A stretch of DNA of 25,128 nt, taken from IMG/VR virus record IMGVR_UViG_3300030104_003757, positions 1-25,128 of that record. One strand, written 5' to 3'. Positions within the stretch are counted from its first letter, which is position 1, and each line of letters starts with the position of its first letter. Below the pieces are notes generated by a model. That model worked only from the letters and a program-made list of their open reading frames with translations, made no database searches and was not told the DNA's origin. Below, piece by piece: positions 8,044-16,425 of this stretch. The stretch is from a virus (Duplodnaviria; Caudoviricetes). The position numbers were made by a program, and so were the translations under genes.

Positions 8044-8236
8044 TCCGTTCCTTTAGTCGGCTTTTGCGTCCCAATCACATTCTTCACTAAAATCCTTGAT
8101 CATTTGTACAATCTCAGATCTATGCTCAAAAGTAGATTTTATCTTATCGATAAGATCATTCGCCTGATCACAAGTCAAAAAACCTGTAAATGCAGTTGAT
8201 GTAATAGCAGCGAATAAAATGTTCATGAGATGAACG
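8044..8236 (-). ncRNA. Glutamine riboswitch-like aptamer 2 (glnA/Downstream-peptide family) with a ~150-nt expanded P2 loop
   Basis: 5' half CGTTCATCTCA (8236-8226); 3' half TGGGACGCAAAAGCCGACTAAAGGAACGGA (8073-8044); both parallel aptamer 1. Confidence 0.75.
8053..8226 (-). CDS. 57-aa ORF nested in aptamer 2 (MNILFAAITSTAFTGFLTCDQANDLIDKIKSTFEHRSEIVQMIKDFSEECDWDAKAD), absent from the ORF track
   Basis: ATG 8226 to TAA 8053 is open across the whole insertion; hydrophobic N-terminus and two Cys. Confidence 0.7.
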   Translation of the reverse strand: MNILFAAITSTAFTGFLTCDQANDLIDKIKSTFEHRSEIVQMIKDFSEECDWDAKAD

Positions 8237-8237
8237 A

Positions 8238-8285
8238 TCCGTTCCGAGTCGGCTTACTTGCGTCCCCATTTCAGAGGATGAACGT
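8238..8285 (-). ncRNA. Glutamine riboswitch-like aptamer 1 (glnA/Downstream-peptide family)
   Basis: ACGTTCATCCTC-TGAAAT-GGGGACGCAAGTAAGCCGACTCGGAACGGA: P1 CGTTC/GAACG and P2 TCCTC/GGGGA; upstream of a DUF4278-type gene. Confidence 0.82.
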
Positions 8286-8292
8286 TGTGTTA

Positions 8293-8321
8293 ATACTAAC
8301 ACATTTCAACTATTTAGTCAA
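8293..8321 (-). promoter_or_regulatory. Sigma70-type promoter for the riboswitch transcript, with an embedded late promoter CTAAATA (8311-8317)
   Basis: TTGACT (8321-8316), 17 bp, TAGTAT (8298-8293) with an extended TG; predicted TSS just 5' of aptamer 1. Confidence 0.75.
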
Positions 8322-8357
8322 GTAATATGTCGTTTTACTACATCGACCCTACAGAGC

Positions 8358-8388
8358 AAAAAAATACCCCGATTTTTTGTCGGGATAT
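8358..8388 (-). terminator. Intrinsic terminator downstream of the 8414-8794 gene
   Basis: ATATCCCGA-loop-TCGGGGTAT followed by a T run on the - strand. Confidence 0.75.
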
Positions 8389-8413
8389 ATGGGAAAAAAA
8401 GTTTGATTTTGGT

Positions 8414-8794
8414 TTACCCCTTTCTTTTTTTCTTTTTTGCTCCTGGATTTTGATAACCCCATAAGTTTGGTTTAATAGTACCGTATCCATAATCAATAGA
8501 TTTTATACCACCTTGTTTAAACTTATCATAATACATATCAAATATATTAATTTTAGATCCCCTAGTTAAATCAATATGCAATTTATCCTCAAACATATAT
8601 TTGACAATAAAAGCATCTGAAGGAGCATGCTTAACACTTACATCACCCATAGATCCATCTTCAATTATAATCTCACACCCATAATTTGTTTTAGAAGATT
8701 CTCTTTCTTTTTTAGACCATATTGGTGGTTTTTTATTAACTAATTTTTCTTCTACTTTTTTGTCATCCACAACTGGTTCCTTAATTTCACTCAT
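8414..8794 (-). CDS. Conserved cyanophage hypothetical protein
   Basis: YGCEI..E, P.DA..V.Y, DL.RG....IFDMYYDKF and YG...P.LWGY pattern; overlaps the upstream stop by 4 nt. Confidence 0.85.
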   Translation of the reverse strand: MSEIKEPVVDDKKVEEKLVNKKPPIWSKKERESSKTNYGCEIIIEDGSMGDVSVKHAPSDAFIVKYMFEDKLHIDLTRGSKINIFDMYYDKFKQGGIKSIDYGYGTIKPNLWGYQNPGAKKKKRKG

Positions 8795-9450
8795 GATCTA
8801 CCACCCCAACTAATATCTGGAAATGCTTGTGAAACTATCTCTTTAGAAATATTATACTTAGATTCTAAATCCTTGTCCTTTACTAAACAAAGAATTTCTG
8901 CCTCCAATGGATGCAATCCCTCTAATATATTAATAAACATCGTTTCACGACGAAGACCACTTAATCCACTATTACCACCTTTTATAAAATTATAGAATTT
9001 AGTATATTCTTTACGAATTGTAGTTCTTCCTTGATCCTGAGATCCTAAAGAAGTAGATCCCATTTCATTCATTTTACCAACAGCATCATTTATCTTATCA
9101 GATAAAGTTCCTGTAGTATTACCATCCTCTTTATTTGTACCATAAGGAACTTCACCTGGAGGAAGTAAAGATATTACAGACTCATCATAATTCCAAATAC
9201 AAAGTGCTTTGATAGATGGATCAGAATATTTTTGAAGTACCTTAACTTTATTACCCTTACTTCTTTGTTTTGAAGCAGCATCAAAAACTTCATATGCAAA
9301 GGGATTTACAGGTAAATCTGGAATAGATTGTGAAATTACTTTTGGTTTCGCTGCTACTTTTGGTTTAGCAGTAACCGCAGTTTTTCTTACTGGTTTTTTA
9401 GTTGTTGACGCTTTCTTTCTAGTCGTCGCTGTCGTCTTCTTCGTTGTCAT
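8791..9450 (-). CDS. Conserved T4-like cyanophage hypothetical protein with a basic low-complexity N-terminus
   Basis: WN.DES..S.LP.GEVPY, YNF.KGGN..L...RRETMFI..LEGLHP.EAE and AFPDI.WG motifs; start 9450 or 9462. Confidence 0.85.
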   Translation of the reverse strand: MTTKKTTATTRKKASTTKKPVRKTAVTAKPKVAAKPKVISQSIPDLPVNPFAYEVFDAASKQRSKGNKVKVLQKYSDPSIKALCIWNYDESVISLLPPGEVPYGTNKEDGNTTGTLSDKINDAVGKMNEMGSTSLGSQDQGRTTIRKEYTKFYNFIKGGNSGLSGLRRETMFINILEGLHPLEAEILCLVKDKDLESKYNISKEIVSQAFPDISWGGRS

Positions 9451-9640
9451 AATTGTTTTCAAATCTGAATGCTACAATTTCATCTGGAACTAAGTTTCCA
9501 TTAACATCAAACATCTCTGGATGAACTTTGATATCATGATAGTTCATAAAATACTCTCTGGCAACCCAACCACCAATGGCTCCTACTATAAGGAACAATA
9601 TTGTTAGAAAAGATCCAAATACTAAACTTATTGCTAACAT
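9419..9640 (-). CDS. Small single-pass membrane protein (MLAISLVFG...HPEMFD.NGNL.PDE), possibly extended in frame to 9730
   Basis: AGGAG RBS before the ATG at 9640; ~25-aa hydrophobic helix; acidic C-terminus. Confidence 0.75.
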   Translation of the reverse strand: MLAISLVFGSFLTILFLIVGAIGGWVAREYFMNYHDIKVHPEMFDVNGNLVPDEIVAFRFENNYDNEEDDSDD

Positions 9641-9744
9641 GTCTCGTTCTCCTATTTTAAGTGTGGTAATATGTAATGGTTTGGTTTTCTTTTTTCCTCC
9701 AGTTAAGATAAATTCAAACCCACGATTCATATGATAATTTGATT

Positions 9745-9752
9745 TATTTATA
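9745..9752 (-). promoter_or_regulatory. Perfect T4 late promoter TATAAATA
   Basis: Exact consensus just after the glutaredoxin stop. Confidence 0.7.
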
Positions 9753-9758
9753 TCATCG

Positions 9759-9995
9759 CTAGGCAATTTTATTTTCTTTAAGGAATTTGACTGTGTCAAC
9801 ACATCCTCCTAATTTTTTACCATCAACGACTACTTGCGGAAAAGTAGACCCATTACCAAATTCACCATAAAAAGAATCTTTATCAAAATGTTCATCTAAA
9901 TTATACACCACAAACTTACTTTCTGTCAACTGTAATACCTCTTTTACTTTGTCACAATATGGACATCCTTCCTTAGTATAAACGGCAAAGTTCAT
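9759..9995 (-). CDS. nrdC: Glutaredoxin (T4 NrdC-like)
   Basis: CPYC active site, TFPQV cis-Pro motif, LGG. Confidence 0.93.
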   Translation of the reverse strand: MNFAVYTKEGCPYCDKVKEVLQLTESKFVVYNLDEHFDKDSFYGEFGNGSTFPQVVVDGKKLGGCVDTVKFLKENKIA

Positions 9996-10014
9996 TATCG
10001 TAAAGTTAAAAAAT

Positions 10015-10021
10015 TATTTAG
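10015..10021 (-). promoter_or_regulatory. Late promoter CTAAATA for glutaredoxin
   Basis: TAAATA core 19 nt upstream of the ATG at 9995. Confidence 0.65.
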
Positions 10022-10040
10022 TATCTATTATAACACAAAA

Positions 10041-13000
10041 TCATGCATGTGCGTAGTATATGTACGTACCATTAGTGGCATTTAATGAGGTGTCACTTCT
10101 TATATGTTGGAAACCAGCAGTTTCTCCTGATCCGACCATATCAAAATAATCATATCCAGTAGTTTGTGCACCATCACTATTTAAAAAGATAACAATATCT
10201 TCTACTCCTGTTCCACCTAATCCTCTATGAGTATCATAAGTTACCCAATGACCAGTACTATCAGTACGCTTTATTATTATTAGTTTTGGTTTAAATCCAA
10301 GAGTTATGACTGGACCAGTACTACTGCCGTTGCCAGTATAATAGCCACACTTGCTGATTCCTTCAACACTGGCGAAAAGTATAGCCAAATAGGTATCTCC
10401 ACTTCCATTAACTGAACTATCTTGATCTATTGTAAAAGCAGTAGAAGTAGGCTTGGACATGAACCTAGCGTTATAGCTAAGATTAATTCCTGCGTCGTTA
10501 AGATTTACTTTTAAGATGTCATAATTTGAGCTCCCAAAATTAACACCTACGAGCCAGTTATCAGTAGTACTTCTACGCTTAAGCCAAATCATCTCAGGTT
10601 CTTTAGAGAGTGAATGAAATACGGTTCTTGGGTTATTTGAATCTCCTGTATAAGTCACCACATCAAGACCAGCGTGGCGTTTCCACATCCATGATCGATT
10701 AGCTGTTTGATCTGCACTATATTCGTGCCAACCATACATGAAGTCCCATCTCCAAGTAGTAGATGAACCTGAAGTGGTTTCAGCCGCAGTGGTATTTAAT
10801 CTCATATTTTTATCACCTGTTAGCCTTAAACCTGTGTACCAATCCTGTGTTTGTTCTGGTTTTCTTTGGAATGCAAAGTCAACTGGGAAACCAGTTCTGA
10901 AAGTTGGATTAGAACTTGACGTACCAGCAATCACATTGAATACATCCGCACCAAGTGTGGGAGGTTTACCAACATATCCATCTGGCCTTCTAACTGCCAT
11001 AAACACGAACTCAGATCCAACGTGTGAGGTTAAATTTATTCTTACACCTGTAGGATTAAAAGTTAAAACATCTACCTGACTTTCAGTATTGGTATTATGT
11101 AGTTCAAGATACTGATCATCACCTCCTGTAGAAACTCCACGCATTGCATCATAGACACCCCAACCACCAGAACTACTAGATTTTTTCCAAAGCCACCATT
11201 GAGGTTCCCAACCTAATTCAATATCTAACTGACCACCTGTAGGAACTATAAATGAATCGCACTTAATTACACCTTCTTCTTCACTGGATCCAAATTTAAA
11301 ACCATCAGGGTCATCGAAGGGGCTATCTACTTCTCCTGTTGGTGTGCCAGAAACAGAAATAGTACTTGGAGCAACTGTCGCACCTGTAGCAGTACTAGCA
11401 TTACAACATAAAAGAACAGTATTAGTTATATTTGTTAGTACTTTAGTAGGTGGTCTAAATGATTCTGTATAAAGTGCTGTTCCTTTTACTACTCGAAGAT
11501 TACTAATTTTACCATCTACGAAAGAACCTATGCCACCACCAGATGCTCTTTCACAACCTATATAAAAAGAATTAGCGGTTATACTATTCTGCGAAGCAGA
11601 ACCCATACTTACTCCATCAACAAACAACTGAACTGTTCCTGAAGATCTTGAGACAGCAATGTGATGCCACTGATTAGACTTAATAGTACCTCCAGAACCA
11701 GGTGATTGTACTAAGTAACCTACATGGGAGTAAAGTCCTATTCGTCCACTAGACAGGACAAATACTTCACCAGAAGTGTTATAATTATCCATAGTCCAAA
11801 GACAACTATTCTGGTTCAAAGATCCATTACCACCATTAAGTTTAATCCAACATTCAACAGTATAATCAGAAGTTCCTATATTAAAAGTACTGTCAGTGAG
11901 ATATACAATTTCATTATTTCCATTAAAATCGACACATTTTGCAGTAGACTCTGTACTTTGACCTCCTGCGTATACATAGGCTATATAGTCAACACCATTT
12001 CCATTTTGAACTGCATTTCCATTGACAGTAAAATAAGTTGACGTTGGAGTTATCGGCCCTGATGAATTACCAAAATAATCAGTTGTATTATTAAACATCG
12101 TACTATCATTTAGTTTTGCATATTTAGTAGGTTCACTTTTATGCCAAACAGTCCAGTTATATCCAGAGTCAATGTTCTTGACAATAACCATACCAGGAAT
12201 GCTTCCCAATGAATGACTAATTTGCCTAGACGCACTACCATCCCCTGTGTAGGCAACAACATCAAAGAACCCAGGTGCCTTACGCCACGTCCATGAGATA
12301 AAATCTTGATTAGATTGAGCTGTATTACCATAATTTCCAGTAGTAAAACCGTTGTTATGAAAACTGCTCATATATCCATTTATACCTGTATCCTCTCCCA
12401 TCGTATGATTAGAGAAAATAGCTTTAGTTGGTCCTCTTTCAGTGTCAATAATACTATGATACTGACTACTAGTCCTAGATTTTATCCATACCATTCCACC
12501 TTCACCATCAGACGCAGTAAATGGTCCATATGATGCTTTGGGATATCCTCCTGTTATTACAATAGGATCAGGTGTAACTGTCCCACTTGTAATAATACTA
12601 GAATTACAACATAAAAGTTTTACATTACTTGCAGTTGCACTTTGACTTGTTGTTGTTAATGCTTCTGTAGAAGGTGTAAAGTTACTTGTATAAAGTGATT
12701 GATGAGTGATTCTTAAGTTAGAAATCCTACCATTAAAATCGCTTCCCCCACCAGAATTATTAGTAATTCTACCAATAGCAAAAGTAGTAGAACCACCAGA
12801 TGGAGATCCCGATACTGTTGCTGATTGTTCTAATGTACCATCAACAAAGATTTTTATACCAGTACTACCATCGTAAACAAATGCCAAATGATACCATTGT
12901 CCCGTGCTTAAAGTCTTTCCACTATAGACTCTCTGAATACTACCATTCCAATAATAAAAAATAACCTCTCCAGTATCTATAGGACCAAAACTCCAAGTTT

Positions 13001-13388
13001 CACCTGTACTTGTATGTTTTGTAACACCCACAACATTTGAACCAGTATTAGCACTTCTACCAAATGCATCTGCACGAATCCAATATTCAATAGTAAATGC
13101 TTGAGCCCACCAATTTCTTAATACGGCATCACATGTCTGCGTTAAATAATCACCACTTCCATTAAAATCTACACTATTTCCTGCATCAGCGTTACTTAAT
13201 TTTATCCCATTATTAATTGTTTGAGCTGATCCAGTTCCTTTATATAAAAACATGCTAAACACATCGTCAACATATGTGTAACTAGGACCATCACCAGTAC
13301 TCCAATATAAGTTTGAAGCACTTCCACCTCCCAAACCTGGAAGAGTAAGCATTGGCTTCTCTTTCTTAAACCAAGAATTATTATTCAT
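10041..13388 (-). CDS. Large tail-fibre tip/adhesin-like protein with two LamG (concanavalin A-like) domains and repeated YTG.G...W.K beta modules
   Basis: Two LamG signatures (F/Y-T.E.WI..., W.H.A...., .FVDG, G.ISNLR, LLCCN); repeated Y.G.G / P...W.K.R / YIAY modules; ends YIYYAHA. Confidence 0.8.
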   Translation of the reverse strand: MNNNSWFKKEKPMLTLPGLGGGSASNLYWSTGDGPSYTYVDDVFSMFLYKGTGSAQTINNGIKLSNADAGNSVDFNGSGDYLTQTCDAVLRNWWAQAFTIEYWIRADAFGRSANTGSNVVGVTKHTSTGETWSFGPIDTGEVIFYYWNGSIQRVYSGKTLSTGQWYHLAFVYDGSTGIKIFVDGTLEQSATVSGSPSGGSTTFAIGRITNNSGGGSDFNGRISNLRITHQSLYTSNFTPSTEALTTTSQSATASNVKLLCCNSSIITSGTVTPDPIVITGGYPKASYGPFTASDGEGGMVWIKSRTSSQYHSIIDTERGPTKAIFSNHTMGEDTGINGYMSSFHNNGFTTGNYGNTAQSNQDFISWTWRKAPGFFDVVAYTGDGSASRQISHSLGSIPGMVIVKNIDSGYNWTVWHKSEPTKYAKLNDSTMFNNTTDYFGNSSGPITPTSTYFTVNGNAVQNGNGVDYIAYVYAGGQSTESTAKCVDFNGNNEIVYLTDSTFNIGTSDYTVECWIKLNGGNGSLNQNSCLWTMDNYNTSGEVFVLSSGRIGLYSHVGYLVQSPGSGGTIKSNQWHHIAVSRSSGTVQLFVDGVSMGSASQNSITANSFYIGCERASGGGIGSFVDGKISNLRVVKGTALYTESFRPPTKVLTNITNTVLLCCNASTATGATVAPSTISVSGTPTGEVDSPFDDPDGFKFGSSEEEGVIKCDSFIVPTGGQLDIELGWEPQWWLWKKSSSSGGWGVYDAMRGVSTGGDDQYLELHNTNTESQVDVLTFNPTGVRINLTSHVGSEFVFMAVRRPDGYVGKPPTLGADVFNVIAGTSSSNPTFRTGFPVDFAFQRKPEQTQDWYTGLRLTGDKNMRLNTTAAETTSGSSTTWRWDFMYGWHEYSADQTANRSWMWKRHAGLDVVTYTGDSNNPRTVFHSLSKEPEMIWLKRRSTTDNWLVGVNFGSSNYDILKVNLNDAGINLSYNARFMSKPTSTAFTIDQDSSVNGSGDTYLAILFASVEGISKCGYYTGNGSSTGPVITLGFKPKLIIIKRTDSTGHWVTYDTHRGLGGTGVEDIVIFLNSDGAQTTGYDYFDMVGSGETAGFQHIRSDTSLNATNGTYIYYAHA

Positions 13389-13399
13389 TTATAGAAACC

Positions 13400-15664
13400 T
13401 TAAGCGAAGTTAGTAAAGTTACCAAATACTGTGAATGTTGCATTCGCAGTTTTCATTATCGTCATAGAATATACATCAGTTCCACTACCAGTTGCAGCAG
13501 AGGGTGCTGTTCCTCCTGCCCATTTTACAGTTATTGTTGATCCATCAACCTTAAATGCTGTCATATAATTAGATGCATTATTATTTGCAGAATACATCGT
13601 CATAGTAGTTGTTTCACCAATAGCCATTAAACCATTAAGAGTTGTAGATCCATCTCCTTGTACATTAAATGTCCATGCACCAGCAGCATTAGTTGATCCA
13701 TACCATACCATTCCGTATGTAAGTACACTGTGGGTATAATTAGATGTTATCCCACCACCAGTATCATTATGGAATTTCTCTGCTAGTACACCAGGACCTA
13801 TATTTACTCCAGCAGTAAACGTGCATGATTGATTAGGATTAATTGTTAAAGCAGTTGTATAACTAGCACCTGTCCTGAAATGAAGAGCACCAACATTATC
13901 AAAATAGAAATTTCCAGTCTGGTTTTTAAGTTCAAAGTTACCTGATTGGTGCTTTATATAAGCTCCGTTTCCAGAGTTAGAACCAAATATTGTTTTCTTA
14001 CCTTCAGATAAATTTAGGTTTCCTCCAAAAATTAAATCTGCGGCATCTGCTATTAAACTAATACCTGGTATTCTAATGCTGGTTATATTTGCATCACCTA
14101 AAGTTATTTCATTAGATGCAGTAGTAGAACTTGCTGCTGCATCGTGGCCGAGTATTAAGTTATTAGATCCTGAGGCTAACGCATCACCAGCATTAGGTCC
14201 CATTATAGTATTATCTGAACCAGAACTGAGAAGATGACCACTCTCATGGCCTATGGTTATGTTATGAGTACCAGTATTATATACATTTCCTAATGCATCT
14301 GAACCAGATCTATAACCAATACCTATATTATAATTACCTCTTGCGTTTCGTAGAGCCTGATATCCAATACCAATCTTATAATCAGCAGGATTTGAGTAAT
14401 TACCTCTACAAGCATCATATCCAACACCTATATTATAATCTCCACCAGCATTAGAATATAAAGCCCAATTTCCAATTGCAACAGATCCATTACAATTACT
14501 AGAATCTTTTAACGCCCATGCTCCAACAGCAGTATTATCTCCACCAGTAACTTCAGCCATACACATATAGCCAACTCCAGTATTTGAACCTGTCGTTGTT
14601 ATACGTTCTCCCACTACTGATCCTATGAGAGTATTGGAACCTCCCGTACTGATGTCCTCACCAGATCTATAGCCTATACATGTATTGTCATCTCCAGAAC
14701 TTATATCAGTACCAGTATCATATCCAAACAGTGTATTATTACTTGCATTATTACCAGTAAAACCATCTCCAGAGTTTGTACCACCTACTGTATTATATTG
14801 AGCATCAGAAGTAACACCACCTACAGTGCTTCCATCTGGTAACTTAAATGCTGTTGCAGTAACAATACCAGTTCCACCAAATACAGCATTACCATTAATA
14901 CCAATAGTTACTGCTATACCTACACCACCATCAGGATTACCTACCTGAAATCCGCTTGTGCTACTACGTGCTATTTTAGCTCCATTAGCATACAATAAAC
15001 AAGATGAGTCCAATGCCTCAAATCTAGTACCAAGAGAATTATTAGACCAAACATAAGCTCCAGTAGCCTTAAAGAACATACCACCAGAAGCACCATCTAT
15101 TCTACTACTTCCATCCTTATTATAAATGTTTAATATATTGTTAAACTTCAGTTTACTATCTGACTTATCCCACACCATATTTGTGGTAGCACCATTAAAG
15201 GTTGCATCATCATCAACAGTCAATGAATCTAATGAAGTAGAACCATCAACATCTAAATTACCATTAGCATCTATCGCTCCTGCAAATGTAGCAGTTCCAC
15301 CACTTACATTAATACCATTACGTGCAGTTATAAGTCCTACAGCATCTACATTAGTTACATCTTCATAGGTTAATGTACCTCCTACACTTACATTACCCAA
15401 AAAAGTATGGATACCAGTATACATAGCACCTGATGATTGTGCCTGTATCTTTACATTACCACCAGAATCTTTAATTGAAGTTGCATCTATACCAGTTAAG
15501 TTTGCACCGCTACCTGCGAATGATGCTGCGGTAATTACACCAGTTACATTAATAGTACCAGCACCAGTTATACCATAACCTACAGGAACTTCAGCACCGT
15601 ATTGAAGTTGAACAGCACCCGTTCCTGCTTTATTTGAAATTTTATCAGCTCTAATTCTAGACAT
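13400..15664 (-). CDS. Tail fibre protein with YadA/Hep_Hag-like beta-roll repeats
   Basis: About 14-aa periodic NT.IG..(A/S)G repeats; GNVSVGGTLTYEDV stalk motif; C-terminal WAGGTAPSA...DVY...T..VFG domain. Confidence 0.8.
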   Translation of the reverse strand: MSRIRADKISNKAGTGAVQLQYGAEVPVGYGITGAGTINVTGVITAASFAGSGANLTGIDATSIKDSGGNVKIQAQSSGAMYTGIHTFLGNVSVGGTLTYEDVTNVDAVGLITARNGINVSGGTATFAGAIDANGNLDVDGSTSLDSLTVDDDATFNGATTNMVWDKSDSKLKFNNILNIYNKDGSSRIDGASGGMFFKATGAYVWSNNSLGTRFEALDSSCLLYANGAKIARSSTSGFQVGNPDGGVGIAVTIGINGNAVFGGTGIVTATAFKLPDGSTVGGVTSDAQYNTVGGTNSGDGFTGNNASNNTLFGYDTGTDISSGDDNTCIGYRSGEDISTGGSNTLIGSVVGERITTTGSNTGVGYMCMAEVTGGDNTAVGAWALKDSSNCNGSVAIGNWALYSNAGGDYNIGVGYDACRGNYSNPADYKIGIGYQALRNARGNYNIGIGYRSGSDALGNVYNTGTHNITIGHESGHLLSSGSDNTIMGPNAGDALASGSNNLILGHDAAASSTTASNEITLGDANITSIRIPGISLIADAADLIFGGNLNLSEGKKTIFGSNSGNGAYIKHQSGNFELKNQTGNFYFDNVGALHFRTGASYTTALTINPNQSCTFTAGVNIGPGVLAEKFHNDTGGGITSNYTHSVLTYGMVWYGSTNAAGAWTFNVQGDGSTTLNGLMAIGETTTMTMYSANNNASNYMTAFKVDGSTITVKWAGGTAPSAATGSGTDVYSMTIMKTANATFTVFGNFTNFA

Positions 15665-15691
15665 TAATTTAAGCGAGTACTACTTTATTTT

Positions 15692-15698
15692 TATTTAT
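15692..15698 (-). promoter_or_regulatory. Late promoter ATAAATA for the 15664 gene
   Basis: TAAATA core 27 nt upstream of the ATG. Confidence 0.6.
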
Positions 15699-15741
15699 GA
15701 AAGATTATATATTTGTATAATGCGACTTTATATCTCATATC

Positions 15742-16413
15742 TTACTTCATAAATCTTACATTTTCTAGTCTTCCCCAACTAGTTGAATTAGTTCTCCAAA
15801 TAGCAAATGCTTGTGAAGATCCAGACCATGATATAGTGGCAGGAGTGCTACCACCGTTCCACGGAGTACTTCCTATGTATCCATGTTGAATGGCACCTGA
15901 TGACCCCACCAAATAAGATACATGAATATTTTCATTACCACCATAAGTACTTTGTGAGTTTTCAAATTGAATTCCTGAAAAATTCAATTGCGAACTAAAA
16001 ATAACTACAAGAATATCAGCAGCTGAATTACCTGAACCATCTAACCACCAAGCTGTTTCCCAACTGTTACCATATAACCAACTACTTGTATTTCGAGGAC
16101 AAAGTGCAGCCATTGAAGCTGCATGTGTCCTACCAGAATATGCTGTGTTACTATATACTTTTGAAATATTGTTATTCCAATCCTGACTTGTACTAAAAGG
16201 AGTATTATTTCCTTGAGTCCCATAACCAATTGGTGAGCCATTATAGGCATATCCAGTAGCAGTGTGGGTTGGACTTGAGCCTCCACTGTTAGTACTCCAA
16301 GTAGCTGCTATACTACTACCACCGTTATCAGTAAATGATCCTTGAGCAGGTTGGTTGCCGCCGCCACTGGGAGGCTCTCTAGTAGTAGCCATTAACATTT
16401 GTGATATTGCCAT
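15742..16413 (-). CDS. Hypothetical protein, likely fibre-tip/receptor-binding partner of the upstream fibre
   Basis: GGAGG RBS; MAISQML N-terminus followed by a Gly linker; rich in S/G/N/W. Confidence 0.7.
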   Translation of the reverse strand: MAISQMLMATTREPPSGGGNQPAQGSFTDNGGSSIAATWSTNSGGSSPTHTATGYAYNGSPIGYGTQGNNTPFSTSQDWNNNISKVYSNTAYSGRTHAASMAALCPRNTSSWLYGNSWETAWWLDGSGNSAADILVVIFSSQLNFSGIQFENSQSTYGGNENIHVSYLVGSSGAIQHGYIGSTPWNGGSTPATISWSGSSQAFAIWRTNSTSWGRLENVRFMK

Positions 16414-16425
16414 AATTAAAACCTC

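Noticed and set aside
8322-8338. NtcA box upstream of the riboswitch promoter
   Set aside because: GTA and TAC are separated by 11 nt, not the required GTA-N8-TAC; only a weak GTAA/TTAC palindrome.
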